DNA of 64,000 bases from Parvicellaceae bacterium (GCA_965230535.1 OZ246010.1:2102552-2166551), one strand, 5' to 3'. Counted from the stretch's first letter, positions 37,345 through 48,144 are shown. Notes: generated by a model not told the origin, from the sequence alone. Made by a program: numbers and translations.

Positions 37345-37673
37345 TATACTTGTTTACTGGAATCCGGCCCTACTCTAATCAGTTTGTCCTCATACCAATG
37401 CACGTAAAGTTCGTAAATTCTTTGAGACGATTTAGATTTCACCCTGATATAATCGACCTTGCCATTCATACTCAAAATTTCCATCTGAGCCCAGGCACTC
37501 CCCTTCCCTTTCCTCATTTTAATGGTAGATACTTTGTTATTTACCTCAGTAATTTTGATGAGAGATCCGTTGCCTTTTCCTGATTCGTAGGTCCATTCGG
37601 TTACCTGCCCATGAGCCGAATTTATCAAGCCCAAAACCATACACAACAAAGGAAGTATGATGAGTTTTTTCAT
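37329..37673 (-). CDS. small secreted Lys-rich protein (hypothetical)
   Basis: 114 aa with a signal peptide MKKLIILPLLCMVLGLINSAHGQ. No recognisable domain. Confidence 0.45.
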   Translation of the reverse strand: MKKLIILPLLCMVLGLINSAHGQVTEWTYESGKGNGSLIKITEVNNKVSTIKMRKGKGSAWAQMEILSMNGKVDYIRVKSKSSQRIYELYVHWYEDKLIRVGPDSSKQVYWLKK

Positions 37674-37811
37674 TGTAATTCATTAAGGAGTTAAACAAAA
37701 CAAGGGAATGATGCGTGCTCCATTCCCTTGCGCTACGTGTGATCAAAATAGACTTATTGACCATCAGACAAATAATAATGTTGTTAAAAATTTCATTGTC
37801 TCAGGTTTTAC

Positions 37812-38189
37812 TTACTGATTTTCGGATAGGTAATACTTGTATTCTACATTCTTCGTTTTGTTGTACACGTACACTGCATCATGATTATACTCGTCATAAG
37901 TAATGCTATATTCATTGCCAGTACTAGACCCTTTATATCTGATTTCATGGTCGTCTGTATAGCTTACATTTTGTTTTGACCATTGAGATGAGCCTCTGGC
38001 GTTTGAATGTTTAACTCTTACTTCAACCTGATAGCCCTTAAAGGTGAGCTTCATAAAATAAGTCGTGTGCGTTTTTGTGTCGGTTCTCTGATAGGTGTAA
38101 TTGTCCCCTTCTTGTGCGCTTACCTTTGAAGCGAAACAGAACATAAATGATAAGAGTCCGATAATGCTTAATGTTTTTAAATTTTTCAT
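37812..38189 (-). CDS. small secreted Lys/Tyr-rich protein (hypothetical)
   Basis: 125 aa with a signal peptide ...FASKVSAQ. No recognisable domain. Confidence 0.45.
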   Translation of the reverse strand: MKNLKTLSIIGLLSFMFCFASKVSAQEGDNYTYQRTDTKTHTTYFMKLTFKGYQVEVRVKHSNARGSSQWSKQNVSYTDDHEIRYKGSSTGNEYSITYDEYNHDAVYVYNKTKNVEYKYYLSENQ

Positions 38190-38404
38190 GCTTTTTAAAT
38201 TTTAGTTTTTCGTTTGATTCACAGTGCTAATTACGGGTGAGACGCCCGGTATTCTCTGGGTACATATGCCCAGATGCCCAGAAATGAGCACATGTGCCCA
38301 GAAAAAACTTTGGCAATTCCGTTAACTTTGGCCATAAGATGGCCAAGCGGATAAGCAAGGAGATAAATCCACTTGTGCAGCATAAATCGATAAATTTTAC
38401 CGGC

Positions 38405-40492
38405 ATGAAAAACATTGTTCTTCTTTTTACTCTGATACTCCATTTTTGCGGAAATGCTCAGAACATAGATAGTCTTCAAACGGCCTGGAAAGATCAATCT
38501 GCTCCCGATTCTTTACGACTGGATGCCATGGACCAAATGGTGTGGTCGGTTTTATTTACGGTGCCGGATTCTGCCCAGGGACTGGCCCTGGAAATGAGAG
38601 AGTTTTGCGAAACCCAGCAACAAACTTCCTGGGTGGGGAGAACATACTTTCTCGAAGGCGTCTCTATATATGTACGCGGAAGGCTCGAAGAGGCGCAAAA
38701 GATTCTCAGACAATCTTTAGAATACTATGACACTACCCAAGATGCTCGCTGGATCGCAAGGTCCTATAACGTACTTGGTATGTCGTATAGAAAAATGGGA
38801 GATCAGGAAAAGGCTTATGACAATTATCAACAAGCTCAATACTACGGAAGGCAATCGGGAGACATACATACCGTGGCCACGATCTTATCTAACATGTCTG
38901 CCATTAAAATGGAGCAGGGCAAAATTCAGAAGGCCATGGCACTCAGCATGGACATTTTAGCGCTTTATCCGGATGACGAAAATGCTGTTAATGTTTTCAG
39001 AGCTTACGACAACATTGCTCAACTGTTTGAGCAACAAGGAAACCACTCAAGTAGCCTGGATTACAAGAAAAAGTCTCTTCGAATCAAAAAACTTCACAAC
39101 GAGACCATTGAAATAGGTTTGTCATACACCAGCCTGGGACAAGCTTATTACGACCTTGGAGACTCTAAAACGGCTCAACTGTACTTTGATTCGAGTTTAA
39201 CAATTGGAGAAGATCTGAATAACCTGGAAATCTTATCTCGGGTGCATGCAGAAATCGGAGTCCTGTACAGAGACGCGGAAAGATATGAAGATGCCATAGA
39301 CTCCTACAACAAAAGTTGGGAAGCATTTAAAACACTGGGTTTTAAATTTGGAGAAACCAAGGCCATTATTTCTTTAGCAGAGATTTATCTGATCACCGGA
39401 GAATACGAAAAGGGAGAAAAACTTGCCAAACTCTCGAGGGAAATGGGCTATGCTTCAGGAAACCCGGAGGCCATTGCACCTTCATGTAAGATTCTTCACA
39501 AGATATATGACCATTACGGACATCATAAGGATGCTTACGATATGTACAACGAGTTTGTGCACATGAGAGACAGTATTGCCAATAGAGAAAACGACAGGAC
39601 ATTGGTAAGACAAGAAGAAAAGTACATCTATGAAAAACAGAGATTAATTGAGCAACGGGAGGCTGAGCAAAAAGAAGCCAAACTGAAGCAGGAATCTTTA
39701 GAAGCTCAAAATGAACTCTTAGCTCAGGAAGCAGAAAGAAAGCGCTTAATTTACGGCATCATTGGCCTGGCTCTGTTGGCCGCATTAGTAATAGCCATTT
39801 TGCTGGTAATGCGACTCCGCAAAAAAAGGGATGTACTTAAAAAGGAAAAAGCCATGCAGCTAAAACTCTCTGAGCAACTTGTATATTGGCAGGAAGAAGA
39901 ACGCAAACGTGTGGCTCATGATCTACACGATGGTTTGGGACAACGGCTCTCCATTATCAAAAACACCTTACAGGGCGGACAATGGTCTAAAGATGATGTA
40001 GTGGCCTCCGTAGGACAGGCTATTCAGGAAGTAAGAAACGTATCTGAAGCACTCCGTCCGCGCCAACTGGATATGCTCGGGCTAAGTGCTGCTTTGGAGG
40101 AGTTGATTGACGAGACCTTCTCTGGAACGGAGATAGATTATCAAATAGACATTGATGCCGTTGATGGCTTGTTAGATAAAGATGAAGAAGTAAGTATCTA
40201 TAGAATCGTACAGGAAGCCACCAATAATATCATCAAGTACGCAGAATGCTCCAAGACCATTATTAGCATTCAACACAATCCTGGTCAGTCTCTGTACATT
40301 AAAATCGAAGACGACGGAAAGGGCTTCTCAATCAACTCTGTTACGCCGAGTAAAAATGGTGGGTTTGGTTTGAGAGGTATGCAGGAAAGAGTGAATTTTC
40401 TTCAAGGTCAGTTTGATGTAACCAGCCTGTTAGAAGAAGGCACACTAATTCAGATTGTGATTCCTGTAGATGCGAATAAGAAACGAGCTTAG
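38405..40492 (+). CDS. sensor histidine kinase with extracytoplasmic TPR sensor, HisKA_3 and HATPase_c domains
   Basis: Start placed at MKNIVLLFTLILHFCGNAQ (signal peptide); the track ORF begins 37 codons earlier. TPR repeats, TM helix LIYGIIGLALLAALVIAILLVM, a coiled coil, H-box VAHDLHDGLGQRLS (HisKA_3), and ATPase G-boxes DDGKGF and GFGLRGMQER. Confidence 0.85.
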   Translation: MKNIVLLFTLILHFCGNAQNIDSLQTAWKDQSAPDSLRLDAMDQMVWSVLFTVPDSAQGLALEMREFCETQQQTSWVGRTYFLEGVSIYVRGRLEEAQKILRQSLEYYDTTQDARWIARSYNVLGMSYRKMGDQEKAYDNYQQAQYYGRQSGDIHTVATILSNMSAIKMEQGKIQKAMALSMDILALYPDDENAVNVFRAYDNIAQLFEQQGNHSSSLDYKKKSLRIKKLHNETIEIGLSYTSLGQAYYDLGDSKTAQLYFDSSLTIGEDLNNLEILSRVHAEIGVLYRDAERYEDAIDSYNKSWEAFKTLGFKFGETKAIISLAEIYLITGEYEKGEKLAKLSREMGYASGNPEAIAPSCKILHKIYDHYGHHKDAYDMYNEFVHMRDSIANRENDRTLVRQEEKYIYEKQRLIEQREAEQKEAKLKQESLEAQNELLAQEAERKRLIYGIIGLALLAALVIAILLVMRLRKKRDVLKKEKAMQLKLSEQLVYWQEEERKRVAHDLHDGLGQRLSIIKNTLQGGQWSKDDVVASVGQAIQEVRNVSEALRPRQLDMLGLSAALEELIDETFSGTEIDYQIDIDAVDGLLDKDEEVSIYRIVQEATNNIIKYAECSKTIISIQHNPGQSLYIKIEDDGKGFSINSVTPSKNGGFGLRGMQERVNFLQGQFDVTSLLEEGTLIQIVIPVDANKKRA

Positions 40493-40701
40493 TCTTCATC
40501 AGAATGAACCCACACAACACGACCAACTTCTCCGGTGGTCAATTTTACTTTAATTCCGTGAGGGTGTGATGGGCTTTTTCCCAACAGGGTTTTTACCTGT
40601 CCTTCTGTGATTTCTCCAGTTCGTTGATGATGCTTTTGCACTATCTCAACCCAATCTCCAATTGAGATGTTCTTTCTGTCTTTGCCACTGAGTTTTTTCA
40701 T
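40489..40701 (-). CDS. YwbE family (DUF2196) small protein
   Basis: MKKLSGKDRKNISIGDWVEIVQKHHQRTGEITEGQVKTLLGKSPSHPHGIKVKLTTGEVGRVVWV is a full-length match to the roughly 70-aa YwbE family. Start chosen at the internal Met of the track ORF. Confidence 0.6.
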   Translation of the reverse strand: MKKLSGKDRKNISIGDWVEIVQKHHQRTGEITEGQVKTLLGKSPSHPHGIKVKLTTGEVGRVVWVHSDED

Positions 40702-40749
40702 CTTCAGGTTGCTAAAATACTGGTGTCCGGAAAACACCGATTTCTAAAA

Positions 40750-40786
40750 ACAAAAAAGCCGCTCCTATCACTGGAACGGCTTTTCT
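40750..40786 (-). terminator. rho-independent terminator downstream of usp
   Basis: AGCCGCTCC(40757-40765)/GGAACGGCT(40773-40781) stem with one mismatch. On the minus strand it is followed by TTTTTTGTTTTT. Confidence 0.5.
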
Positions 40787-40802
40787 TAAATTCGTCAGAT
40801 TC

Positions 40803-41642
40803 TTAAATAGAACCAGTAAATACACTTCCTACTCCAATTGAAGTCTCTACCGGATTAACCAGTAATACCGGAATGTTGTATTTATTAGTGATCAAATGCT
40901 GCTCGTAATTGCTTCCCAATAAGCCCATTCCCATAAGGGAGTTCTTTTGAAGGTTCATGATGGTAATTAAATCCGCATCAATGTTATTGGCATGCTCGAT
41001 GATTTGATCATCAAAATCTCTTTTCGGAGCTTTCTTAGTGGTGAACTCAATGTCTCTCTCACCAAGATAGTTCTTAGCAAAGTATAAGTTTCTTTCCAAC
41101 TGATTTACAAAATACTCATCGCTTTCCTCTGGAGTAATCAGGTGTACTTTAGAGTTGAAGTATTTCGCCATGTTGGCAACAATCTCAAGCTTTTGCTTAG
41201 TTTCTTTATGAAGATCAAGTGGTACTACAATATCGTCGTAACCAGACTCTTTAATGCCTTTATCCTGAACAACAATAAATGGAACTTCAGAGTGGGTGAT
41301 CACTTTCAAGGCATGGCTTCCAACAATCTTTTGCCATCCACTTGCGCCATGAGTTCCCATGAAAATAAGTTGAGCTCCAATTTCAGTAGCAGTATCTCCG
41401 ATATCGTCGAAAATGTTTCCAATTCTCACCATTTCCTCAATAGAAATGTTAGCATCAGATTTTCTTACGATTTCTGCTTCCTCCTTAAGTTTTCCCTTGG
41501 CTCCTTCTACCTGGTCTGGCTTATCTACCACGTGAAGTAAAATAATGTGTCCATCGATAACCTTGGCTGTTTGCACAGCATGCTCGAGTGCTACCCTTGC
41601 TACCTTTGTAAAGTCCGTTGGCACTAAAATTGCTTTTCCCAT
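40803..41642 (-). CDS. tandem-domain universal stress protein (UspA family)
   Basis: Two Usp domains. ATP-binding-type glycine motifs FMGTHGASGWQKIVGSHALKV and LGSNYEQHLITNKYNIPVLLV. Confidence 0.8.
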   Translation of the reverse strand: MGKAILVPTDFTKVARVALEHAVQTAKVIDGHIILLHVVDKPDQVEGAKGKLKEEAEIVRKSDANISIEEMVRIGNIFDDIGDTATEIGAQLIFMGTHGASGWQKIVGSHALKVITHSEVPFIVVQDKGIKESGYDDIVVPLDLHKETKQKLEIVANMAKYFNSKVHLITPEESDEYFVNQLERNLYFAKNYLGERDIEFTTKKAPKRDFDDQIIEHANNIDADLITIMNLQKNSLMGMGLLGSNYEQHLITNKYNIPVLLVNPVETSIGVGSVFTGSI

Positions 41643-41865
41643 AATGATCTTTAAGTTTAAATCGCAGCAAATGTATTGAAATATCTACTTATTTCCCGCG
41701 CTGGTGCTCAATATTAAAAATTTATCTCCATTTTAACAAATAGAAAATTGTCGGGTCAAATTTTCGTAACACAAGTTTCCGGATTTGTTTCATTCAGTGA
41801 TATTCCCGAACTTTATTTAACAGTCTATCAATAAATTTCGGAACTTTGAATAAGACCCTTTCAAT

Positions 41866-42438
41866 ATGAAGTACATTACTCAAATATCTTGTTTGCTTGT
41901 TGTTCTGCTATCGGTTAGCTGTTCAAGTGCACAACCAAACAAACAAAGTGGGTCGAAAAAAGAGCGTAAAAAAATGGAAGCACAAAAAGATTCAACGGAA
42001 ATGAAAAAGCAGGCTGCCATTAGCAAAATTGTTGTTGCAGACAGCCCTTCTCAGTACAATCAATTAACAGATTTTGAATATCAGGTGATTCAAAACAAAG
42101 GAACGGAAAGAGCCTTTACCGGTGAGTACTACGATCATAAAGGTGATGGCGTGTATGTGTGCAGACGTTGCAATTCTCCTCTTTACTATAGTTCAGACAA
42201 GTTTGACTCTATGTGTGGTTGGCCCAGTTTTGATGATGAAATTGAGGGAGCCGTTAACCGAACAGTTGATGCAGATGGCAGGCGAACAGAAATCACCTGC
42301 AACCACTGCAAGGGTCATTTAGGGCATGTTTTTGAAGGTGAACAATTCACAGACAAGAACACACGTCACTGCGTTAATTCGGCATCCATACAGTTTATCC
42401 CGTGGAGCGACTTGCTCAAAGATGCTGACAAGAAGTAA
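41866..42438 (+). CDS. msrB: peptide-methionine (R)-S-oxide reductase MsrB (lipoprotein/secreted form)
   Basis: SelR/MsrB domain with both CxxC pairs ([20 protein letters not shown]) and the catalytic Cys in [12 protein letters not shown]-terminal signal peptide with lipobox SVSC. Confidence 0.9.
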   Translation: MKYITQISCLLVVLLSVSCSSAQPNKQSGSKKERKKMEAQKDSTEMKKQAAISKIVVADSPSQYNQLTDFEYQVIQNKGTERAFTGEYYDHKGDGVYVCRRCNSPLYYSSDKFDSMCGWPSFDDEIEGAVNRTVDADGRRTEITCNHCKGHLGHVFEGEQFTDKNTRHCVNSASIQFIPWSDLLKDADKK

Positions 42439-43068
42439 CTACTGTCTACTCTTGAAATAATCCTTTGCTTGCTTTCTGATATCCTTGGCATGATCTTCCA
42501 TCATGGCATTTAATCCGCCAAATCCGGAGATGTGCATTCCTGGCTTATCCACGTAATAGCATTCTTTGTTGCAATCATAGGTTTTGTTGCCATCATCGTC
42601 GTATACCTTGTCCTTAGATTTGTCTGTTTCCTTGCACTCATTCTGGCGAAGAGATTCACTCAGAGTAAAGTTGGTTTGAAAAAAAGTCGGATCATCTTCA
42701 TAAGGCTTCCCAATAGAATAGCTGGCACTCACCTTTAATTCAGATACCTGATGAACTACCCCGAGATCGTCCATATGAGGTGTTACATTCTCGGTTAAGT
42801 ACAAAGTCTTTACTATAACGACATAGTCTGCACCGGAGTTCACCACATCCATTCTTCCTTTGTTAAATTGGTCAACCAGTTTTTGATGGAACATTTGATA
42901 CACACTGTCGCCGCTTTGCCCTGATAAATGTTTAGAAGCATCATTCGGAAAATAGAATTCGTTATCCGGTGTTTTGTAGATGATTTGAACTTTGGTTCTT
43001 TTTAAAATGGCCTTGTCGCATGAAGACAGCGTCATCAGCCCTATGACCAGAGGTAGGATATATTTCAT
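42439..43068 (-). CDS. hypothetical lipoprotein
   Basis: Start chosen at MKYILPLVIGLMTLSSC (lipobox); the track ORF begins 20 codons upstream. No recognisable domain. Confidence 0.5.
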   Translation of the reverse strand: MKYILPLVIGLMTLSSCDKAILKRTKVQIIYKTPDNEFYFPNDASKHLSGQSGDSVYQMFHQKLVDQFNKGRMDVVNSGADYVVIVKTLYLTENVTPHMDDLGVVHQVSELKVSASYSIGKPYEDDPTFFQTNFTLSESLRQNECKETDKSKDKVYDDDGNKTYDCNKECYYVDKPGMHISGFGGLNAMMEDHAKDIRKQAKDYFKSRQ

Positions 43069-43126
43069 GATTAATTGGTTTTGGTTGAAGGGATATGAGC
43101 AAAAATAATGCCTAATTTCACCGTAC

Positions 43127-43714
43127 ATGTCTGATAAGTACTACGCCATCTTTAAACCATACGGTATGTTGTCTCAATTCACACAAGAAGGAAACAGGGC
43201 TACTCTGGGCGAATTGTACAATTTTGAAAAAGACGTGTATCCTGTTGGCAGATTGGATTCCGACAGTGAGGGGTTGCTTCTTTTAACCAACGATAAGCGC
43301 GTTAACAATCGCTTGCTCAATCCCAAATTTGCTCATTCAAGAACATATCTGGTTCAGGTGGATGGTGATATTACTGAAGAGGCGCTTATGAATCTGCGAA
43401 AGGGTCCTGATATTAAAATCAAGAAAAAGATTCATCATTGTGCGCCATGCAAAGCCAGCAAAATTGAAGAACCCGATTTCCTACCGGAACGGAACCCTCC
43501 TGTGCGCTACAGAGCTTCAATCCCAACTTCATGGATAGAGTTAAGCATTACCGAAGGAAAAAACAGGCAGGTGAGACGTATGACCGCAGCAGTTGGCTTC
43601 CCCACCCTCCGATTGGTTCGGTATAAAATTGAACAGGTCACACTGGAATTGCTCGAAGACAAATCTGTTGTAGAATTAGATAAGGCGACCTTTTTCAAAC
43701 TTTGTAATCTGTAA
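43127..43714 (+). CDS. RsuA-family rRNA pseudouridine synthase (RluE-like)
   Basis: Catalytic-Asp motif [16 protein letters not shown], with KNRQVRRM nearby. 195 aa. Confidence 0.8.
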   Translation: MSDKYYAIFKPYGMLSQFTQEGNRATLGELYNFEKDVYPVGRLDSDSEGLLLLTNDKRVNNRLLNPKFAHSRTYLVQVDGDITEEALMNLRKGPDIKIKKKIHHCAPCKASKIEEPDFLPERNPPVRYRASIPTSWIELSITEGKNRQVRRMTAAVGFPTLRLVRYKIEQVTLELLEDKSVVELDKATFFKLCNL

Positions 43715-43750
43715 ACAAAAAAGCCTACCACGTCATACGTGATAGGCTTC
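43711..43750 (-). terminator. rho-independent terminator (mainly for the minus-strand T9SS gene)
   Basis: GCCTACCACGT(43723-43733)/ACGTGATAGGC(43737-43747) forms an 11-bp stem with one mismatch. AAACAAAAAA lies upstream on the plus strand, which is the T-run on the minus strand. Confidence 0.45.
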
Positions 43751-43769
43751 ATGTAGTAGATCAGGAAAA

Positions 43770-46205
43770 TTAGTGAACCAGCAATCGTTTTATACCGATA
43801 CCGTTCTCTCCCTGAATTTTAATGACGTAAACCCCTCGACTCAATAGAGCAGAAGAAACATATGTGGTTTTTTGAGTCAATCTTTGGTTGTATACCAACT
43901 GACCATTTGCTCCAAATATTTCCAATAACTCATTGCCCTGAGGCGTTTCAATGGTGAATAATCCGTTGTTAGGATTAGGGAACAGTCCAAAAGATAAACC
44001 TGTAGCTTCAGTAATGCCTACCCCCATCACAGGTGCACAAGCAGAAGTATCAGAACATCCATTTTGTGTAACCACTACCGCATAGTTGCCATTGGCAGTA
44101 GCTGTATAGCTTTGTCCTGTTTCTCCGGAAATTGGCTGCATGGTATTGCAATCTATCCACTGATATGTGGCACTTGTGGCATCTGCGGTAAGTGTAATAC
44201 CGGAAGTAGTAACTGCTGTGTCAATAACTGCTTCAACAGTTAGGTTGGTAGTTACAGTTGAGTCGCAGCCAGTGGACCCCATAAATACATCTGTGTATGT
44301 ACCTGTACTGTCATATACATTGGTACCAACCGTATATGTTTGTCCAAAGCATAGAGATACATTTTCTGTGCTCAACAACTCCGGTAAAATCGTTAGGTTA
44401 GTGACTATTGTGGAATCACAGCCCAAGGAACTTGTAAGCACATCCGTATACATTCCGGTGGTGTTATAAGTATTGGTTCCTACTGTTACGGTTTGTCCAT
44501 GACAAAGGCTGAAAGTCTGCGATTCATTATAAGTTGGCATAATATTAATCGTTGCTTGTGTTGATAAAGATGCTTCACAATACAGCTCACATCCACCAAT
44601 ACCAGTGATCCAAGCAGATCCGTTTACCAAAGCTCCATCATTTCCGGCAAGCGAACTAACTACAGTTCCAGAACCTCCCGGCATATTCATTAGGTGCCTT
44701 AAGCCAGTTTCCGAACCAGTTAAACACTCATTTTTCAAACTATCAATAGCCGCTTCTGTTTGAGCTATGTCCCAAATACGGAAGTTGTCAAACGCCACAT
44801 TACTATTTCGACCAAGAGACCCAGGCGCAAAACTAGGGTCGTGCCCCAGATGAATACTAGAGTTCGGTGAATGTTGAATTCCGTTAACAATGGCATCTGT
44901 ACTGGAGCCCACCTGAACACCGTTGTAAAAAACAGCCATACCGTTGGTGTCTATCGTTGTGGCCATGTGAGTCCAGCCAGTTGGAAGAGCAGGAAGGCTC
45001 AGGTATCTAAATAGGCCTCCATCATTAACTATAAATATACCATCAAACCACACCCACACATTGGTTGTTAAAGCATCCTGTCCGGCCAATGCCTGTCCCG
45101 CCCACGGGTGGCTACCATCAGATGAGTAAACCCAAGCTTCAACCGTGAGTTGGTTAGTATATGCATTGAACGCCCCTGGGATATCTATATAATCATTATT
45201 GGCAGGTAGGTCAACGGCAAAATCAGAAGAAATTAGGGTACGACCAAAAATATCAAATGTTGTAGTATCGGTAAGAGCACCTGTATTGAAGTTAAGTGCG
45301 CTACCACTACCGGCAATAGGTCCATCCACAATAGAATTATCAGAAATGTCTCTCAGGAAATAATCAATCCCACTTTCACTAGATGCTATATTTATGCTGG
45401 TTGAGCTTCCCTGACAAATGTTTGTATCAACAGAGCTAACTGTTTGGTCTGTCAGAGAACAACCTATCCCAACGAAAATATCGTCAATCCAGATCATATT
45501 ATCATCTGTTGACTTGTGGTGAAAGGCGATATAAATGTTCTGATTGTCATAAGCTGCAAGGCTCTCCTGAAATGCCGTCATCAAACCTCTGCTTCCGGAA
45601 AAGTTGGTATGAACATACCCCGGCCCCGGAACACCTGAACCAATTGTTACGTCTTCTGCCGCTCTAAATAAAGTATCAGTAAAATCAGAGAAGTTAGTGC
45701 CAGTGGTAGATACCAATATGGTATAACCATCCATATATCCAGGTCCTTCAAATGGTGCTGCACGCCACTCAAGAACAGTGCTTGCACATGGGCTAAGCTG
45801 ATCCAAAATTAACCAGTTATCAGCAGTTCCAGCCGGGCTAAACCAGGAAGAAGATGCGGCAACCCAATTGGTATCACCAGCAGTGGTTTCCAGATCATTA
45901 AATTGTGTAAACCAATCCAAAGGTCTGCCGTTCTGATCAGCCAAGCCGTCATTATCAATATTTATCCAGGAAGCGGGGATGGCTTTACTCTGGAAGTCCT
46001 CAAACAGAAGCGTATCAAAGCACGCTGCCTTATACCCAAAAGGGCCGGATGGATTGGTAACATTCCCATTCCAGGCATCAATCACTTTACCAGGAGGCAG
46101 GTTGTTGTTTGTTGGTGCTTGAATGTTTCCACGAATTGGTCCTTGAGCGAAAGTAGATCCCATTCCCAAAGCCAGGAACATAGAAGTCGTAAAAAGTTTA
46201 TTCAT
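43770..46205 (-). CDS. T9SS type A cargo protein with LamG-like jelly-roll domain and tandem Cys-containing ~45-aa repeats
   Basis: 811 aa with a signal peptide. LamG-like region ...LTVEAWVYSSDG...NFRIWD. Two tandem repeats CHGQTVTVGTNTYNTTGMYTDV...GCDST / CFGQTYTVGTNVYDSTGTYTDV...GCDST. C-terminus LFPNPNNGLFTIE...GVYVIKIQ. Confidence 0.8.
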   Translation of the reverse strand: MNKLFTTSMFLALGMGSTFAQGPIRGNIQAPTNNNLPPGKVIDAWNGNVTNPSGPFGYKAACFDTLLFEDFQSKAIPASWINIDNDGLADQNGRPLDWFTQFNDLETTAGDTNWVAASSSWFSPAGTADNWLILDQLSPCASTVLEWRAAPFEGPGYMDGYTILVSTTGTNFSDFTDTLFRAAEDVTIGSGVPGPGYVHTNFSGSRGLMTAFQESLAAYDNQNIYIAFHHKSTDDNMIWIDDIFVGIGCSLTDQTVSSVDTNICQGSSTSINIASSESGIDYFLRDISDNSIVDGPIAGSGSALNFNTGALTDTTTFDIFGRTLISSDFAVDLPANNDYIDIPGAFNAYTNQLTVEAWVYSSDGSHPWAGQALAGQDALTTNVWVWFDGIFIVNDGGLFRYLSLPALPTGWTHMATTIDTNGMAVFYNGVQVGSSTDAIVNGIQHSPNSSIHLGHDPSFAPGSLGRNSNVAFDNFRIWDIAQTEAAIDSLKNECLTGSETGLRHLMNMPGGSGTVVSSLAGNDGALVNGSAWITGIGGCELYCEASLSTQATINIMPTYNESQTFSLCHGQTVTVGTNTYNTTGMYTDVLTSSLGCDSTIVTNLTILPELLSTENVSLCFGQTYTVGTNVYDSTGTYTDVFMGSTGCDSTVTTNLTVEAVIDTAVTTSGITLTADATSATYQWIDCNTMQPISGETGQSYTATANGNYAVVVTQNGCSDTSACAPVMGVGITEATGLSFGLFPNPNNGLFTIETPQGNELLEIFGANGQLVYNQRLTQKTTYVSSALLSRGVYVIKIQGENGIGIKRLLVH

Positions 46206-46511
46206 AATAGTTTCTTAATGATTTTGACCTAAAGTAGTGCGGACTTCAATTGAGGCGCCTTTTTTGTCATAAATGACCTTTTTTTGTTGTGAATGACCTC
46301 CCGGGTCGTTTTATCTGAATAGAAATCTCAGAATCCGATTGAGTCCATTTTTGTGAACGAAAAAATGCACATTATAATAGGCAAAACAAGGATTTTAGTA
46401 GTATTTTGCTCCAAAAAATTCATCTTCAAATGAAGTTTGTTGTGTATTTACATAACTTTTTATATGTTAGCCCAACCAGGACTATTTCCTGGGATAACTT
46501 AAAACTATCAT

Positions 46512-46940
46512 ATGAAACTAACTAAACTTATGCTGGCTTTGTTTGCGATCTGCACAATAGCAGCATGTTCGAAGAATGAAACACTGGAAAGATTGCCACA
46601 TTCCGGAGACACGGATCCCGGCTTAAATCTAAGAGCAGAGAAAAAAGAAAACTACTGGGCCAGATGCCGAATGGAAAACGGACTCAATGGTCATAAATGC
46701 ACCTACGGTGGCTGGGGTTGTGGAAGCAACCAAAACACACCACGTTGTATCGCCAGATCTACGCCTCATGTAGAAGCCTTAGGTCGTTTCACAGCAAGTG
46801 AATTAGAAGTCTATTACAGCGGTCAGCTTACCAGCGAATTCGTTCAGGCCCACCTTGACATTTTTACCGAGATCTACAATCTTGGACTTGGAGACGAGCC
46901 AGGAGAACTAATCAGCAAACTGAGAGATGCAGGGTTATAA
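46512..46940 (+). CDS. hypothetical small Cys-containing lipoprotein
   Basis: Lipobox TIAAC|S. The mature region has four Cys: CRMENGLNGHKCTYGGWGCGSNQNTPRCIA. First gene of three overlapping lipoprotein genes. Confidence 0.5.
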   Translation: MKLTKLMLALFAICTIAACSKNETLERLPHSGDTDPGLNLRAEKKENYWARCRMENGLNGHKCTYGGWGCGSNQNTPRCIARSTPHVEALGRFTASELEVYYSGQLTSEFVQAHLDIFTEIYNLGLGDEPGELISKLRDAGL

Positions 46941-48144
46941 GCTTGTCCTCATATCTCTTATACTTGGTACAATTTCATGTAATCAAGATCCGGCAGACAA
47001 ACCATCTGCCGGGTCTTCAGATATACAGTCTAAATTCACATTGATTTGTGACACTTTCATATTACCTGCTAACCTTCAGGATGCTCACTGTGCAGGAAGC
47101 TTTGTAGATGAAAAGTTGGGTGATGTTCTTATTTTTAAAGACCTCAATACCCAAATTATCACGACTTTTTCTATTCAGAATCTAAGGGTTATTGATACCA
47201 TTCATATTCGATCGGAGCATGTTCGGTCTGCCATAGAACTCTATCGTGATGTGCGACATTATTTGCAATGGTATGGACCCGACACGCTTATTTTTATGGA
47301 TGACATGCCAGAAGGAGAGCGGTCTCAGTCTCTAACGGGCTATGCAATTTCATCAGATTCAGTGTTCTTAAAGGTTCCTCTGGGAGATCTGTCTAACCCC
47401 AAATTGGGAGATTTATTCGGAAGAGCCAGTAATTACCTTCAAACTAACTGGAGACATCCTAAAATCATTACAAGTGCCTATACTGATTTCAGTAAACTTC
47501 AATTCGATCATTTACGATCACTGGTCATTGGACAACATCATTTGATAGATTCCACTGTTCAGCTTGTAGACAACATGAACTTTCCATTCCTTGAGAAATC
47601 TCACGACTATTCATTTCTTACGGAGTATTACATGGTTTACAATACGAAGGAAAACGCCTATCTTCTTGGGTCGAGCCTCACTCCAAAACTTCATTTGTTT
47701 CACTTAGATGAAGCGGGAAAAGTAGTCAATACCCTAAAAGCCGAACCGCTCTCTAAACACTATCAGGCTCTACCTCCGCCTCCCGAAATTATTGATGGAA
47801 AAATGGATTATGATTATCTGGAAGAAGTTGAGATTACGGCCTATGCTGGTGGTAAATTCCTATATCATCCGGAAATGAACATATACTTTCGTTTTTTCGA
47901 AAATCCTCAGGAATTGGAGAGTTCTGAAGGTCATTATTCAAGTTATCAGGATAAGGAATACGGTCTGATGGTTCTGGATCATGATCTGAATCTTATGGGT
48001 GAATGTTTATTGGGACCAAAATCAATTCAAGCTTCTACATCTGCGCGCATGGTGAGTCGTGGCATGGCGTACGTCACACGTTTAAACAAACCTAATCGAG
48101 AACTCATTCTAATTTCTTTAAAAAATGACAGCACGGATCTTTAA
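46927..48144 (+). CDS. hypothetical lipoprotein (possible beta-propeller fold)
   Basis: Lipobox LGTISC|N. 405 aa with no diagnostic motif. Overlaps both neighbouring genes. Confidence 0.5.
   Translation: MQGYKLVLISLILGTISCNQDPADKPSAGSSDIQSKFTLICDTFILPANLQDAHCAGSFVDEKLGDVLIFKDLNTQIITTFSIQNLRVIDTIHIRSEHVRSAIELYRDVRHYLQWYGPDTLIFMDDMPEGERSQSLTGYAISSDSVFLKVPLGDLSNPKLGDLFGRASNYLQTNWRHPKIITSAYTDFSKLQFDHLRSLVIGQHHLIDSTVQLVDNMNFPFLEKSHDYSFLTEYYMVYNTKENAYLLGSSLTPKLHLFHLDEAGKVVNTLKAEPLSKHYQALPPPPEIIDGKMDYDYLEEVEITAYAGGKFLYHPEMNIYFRFFENPQELESSEGHYSSYQDKEYGLMVLDHDLNLMGECLLGPKSIQASTSARMVSRGMAYVTRLNKPNRELILISLKNDSTDL

Noticed and set aside
38294-38404. N-terminal 37-codon extension of the histidine kinase ORF
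   Set aside because: The extension precedes a clean signal peptide (MKNIVLLFTLILHFCGNAQ) and would lie in the divergent promoter region shared with the 37812-38189 gene. The start at 38405 is more plausible.
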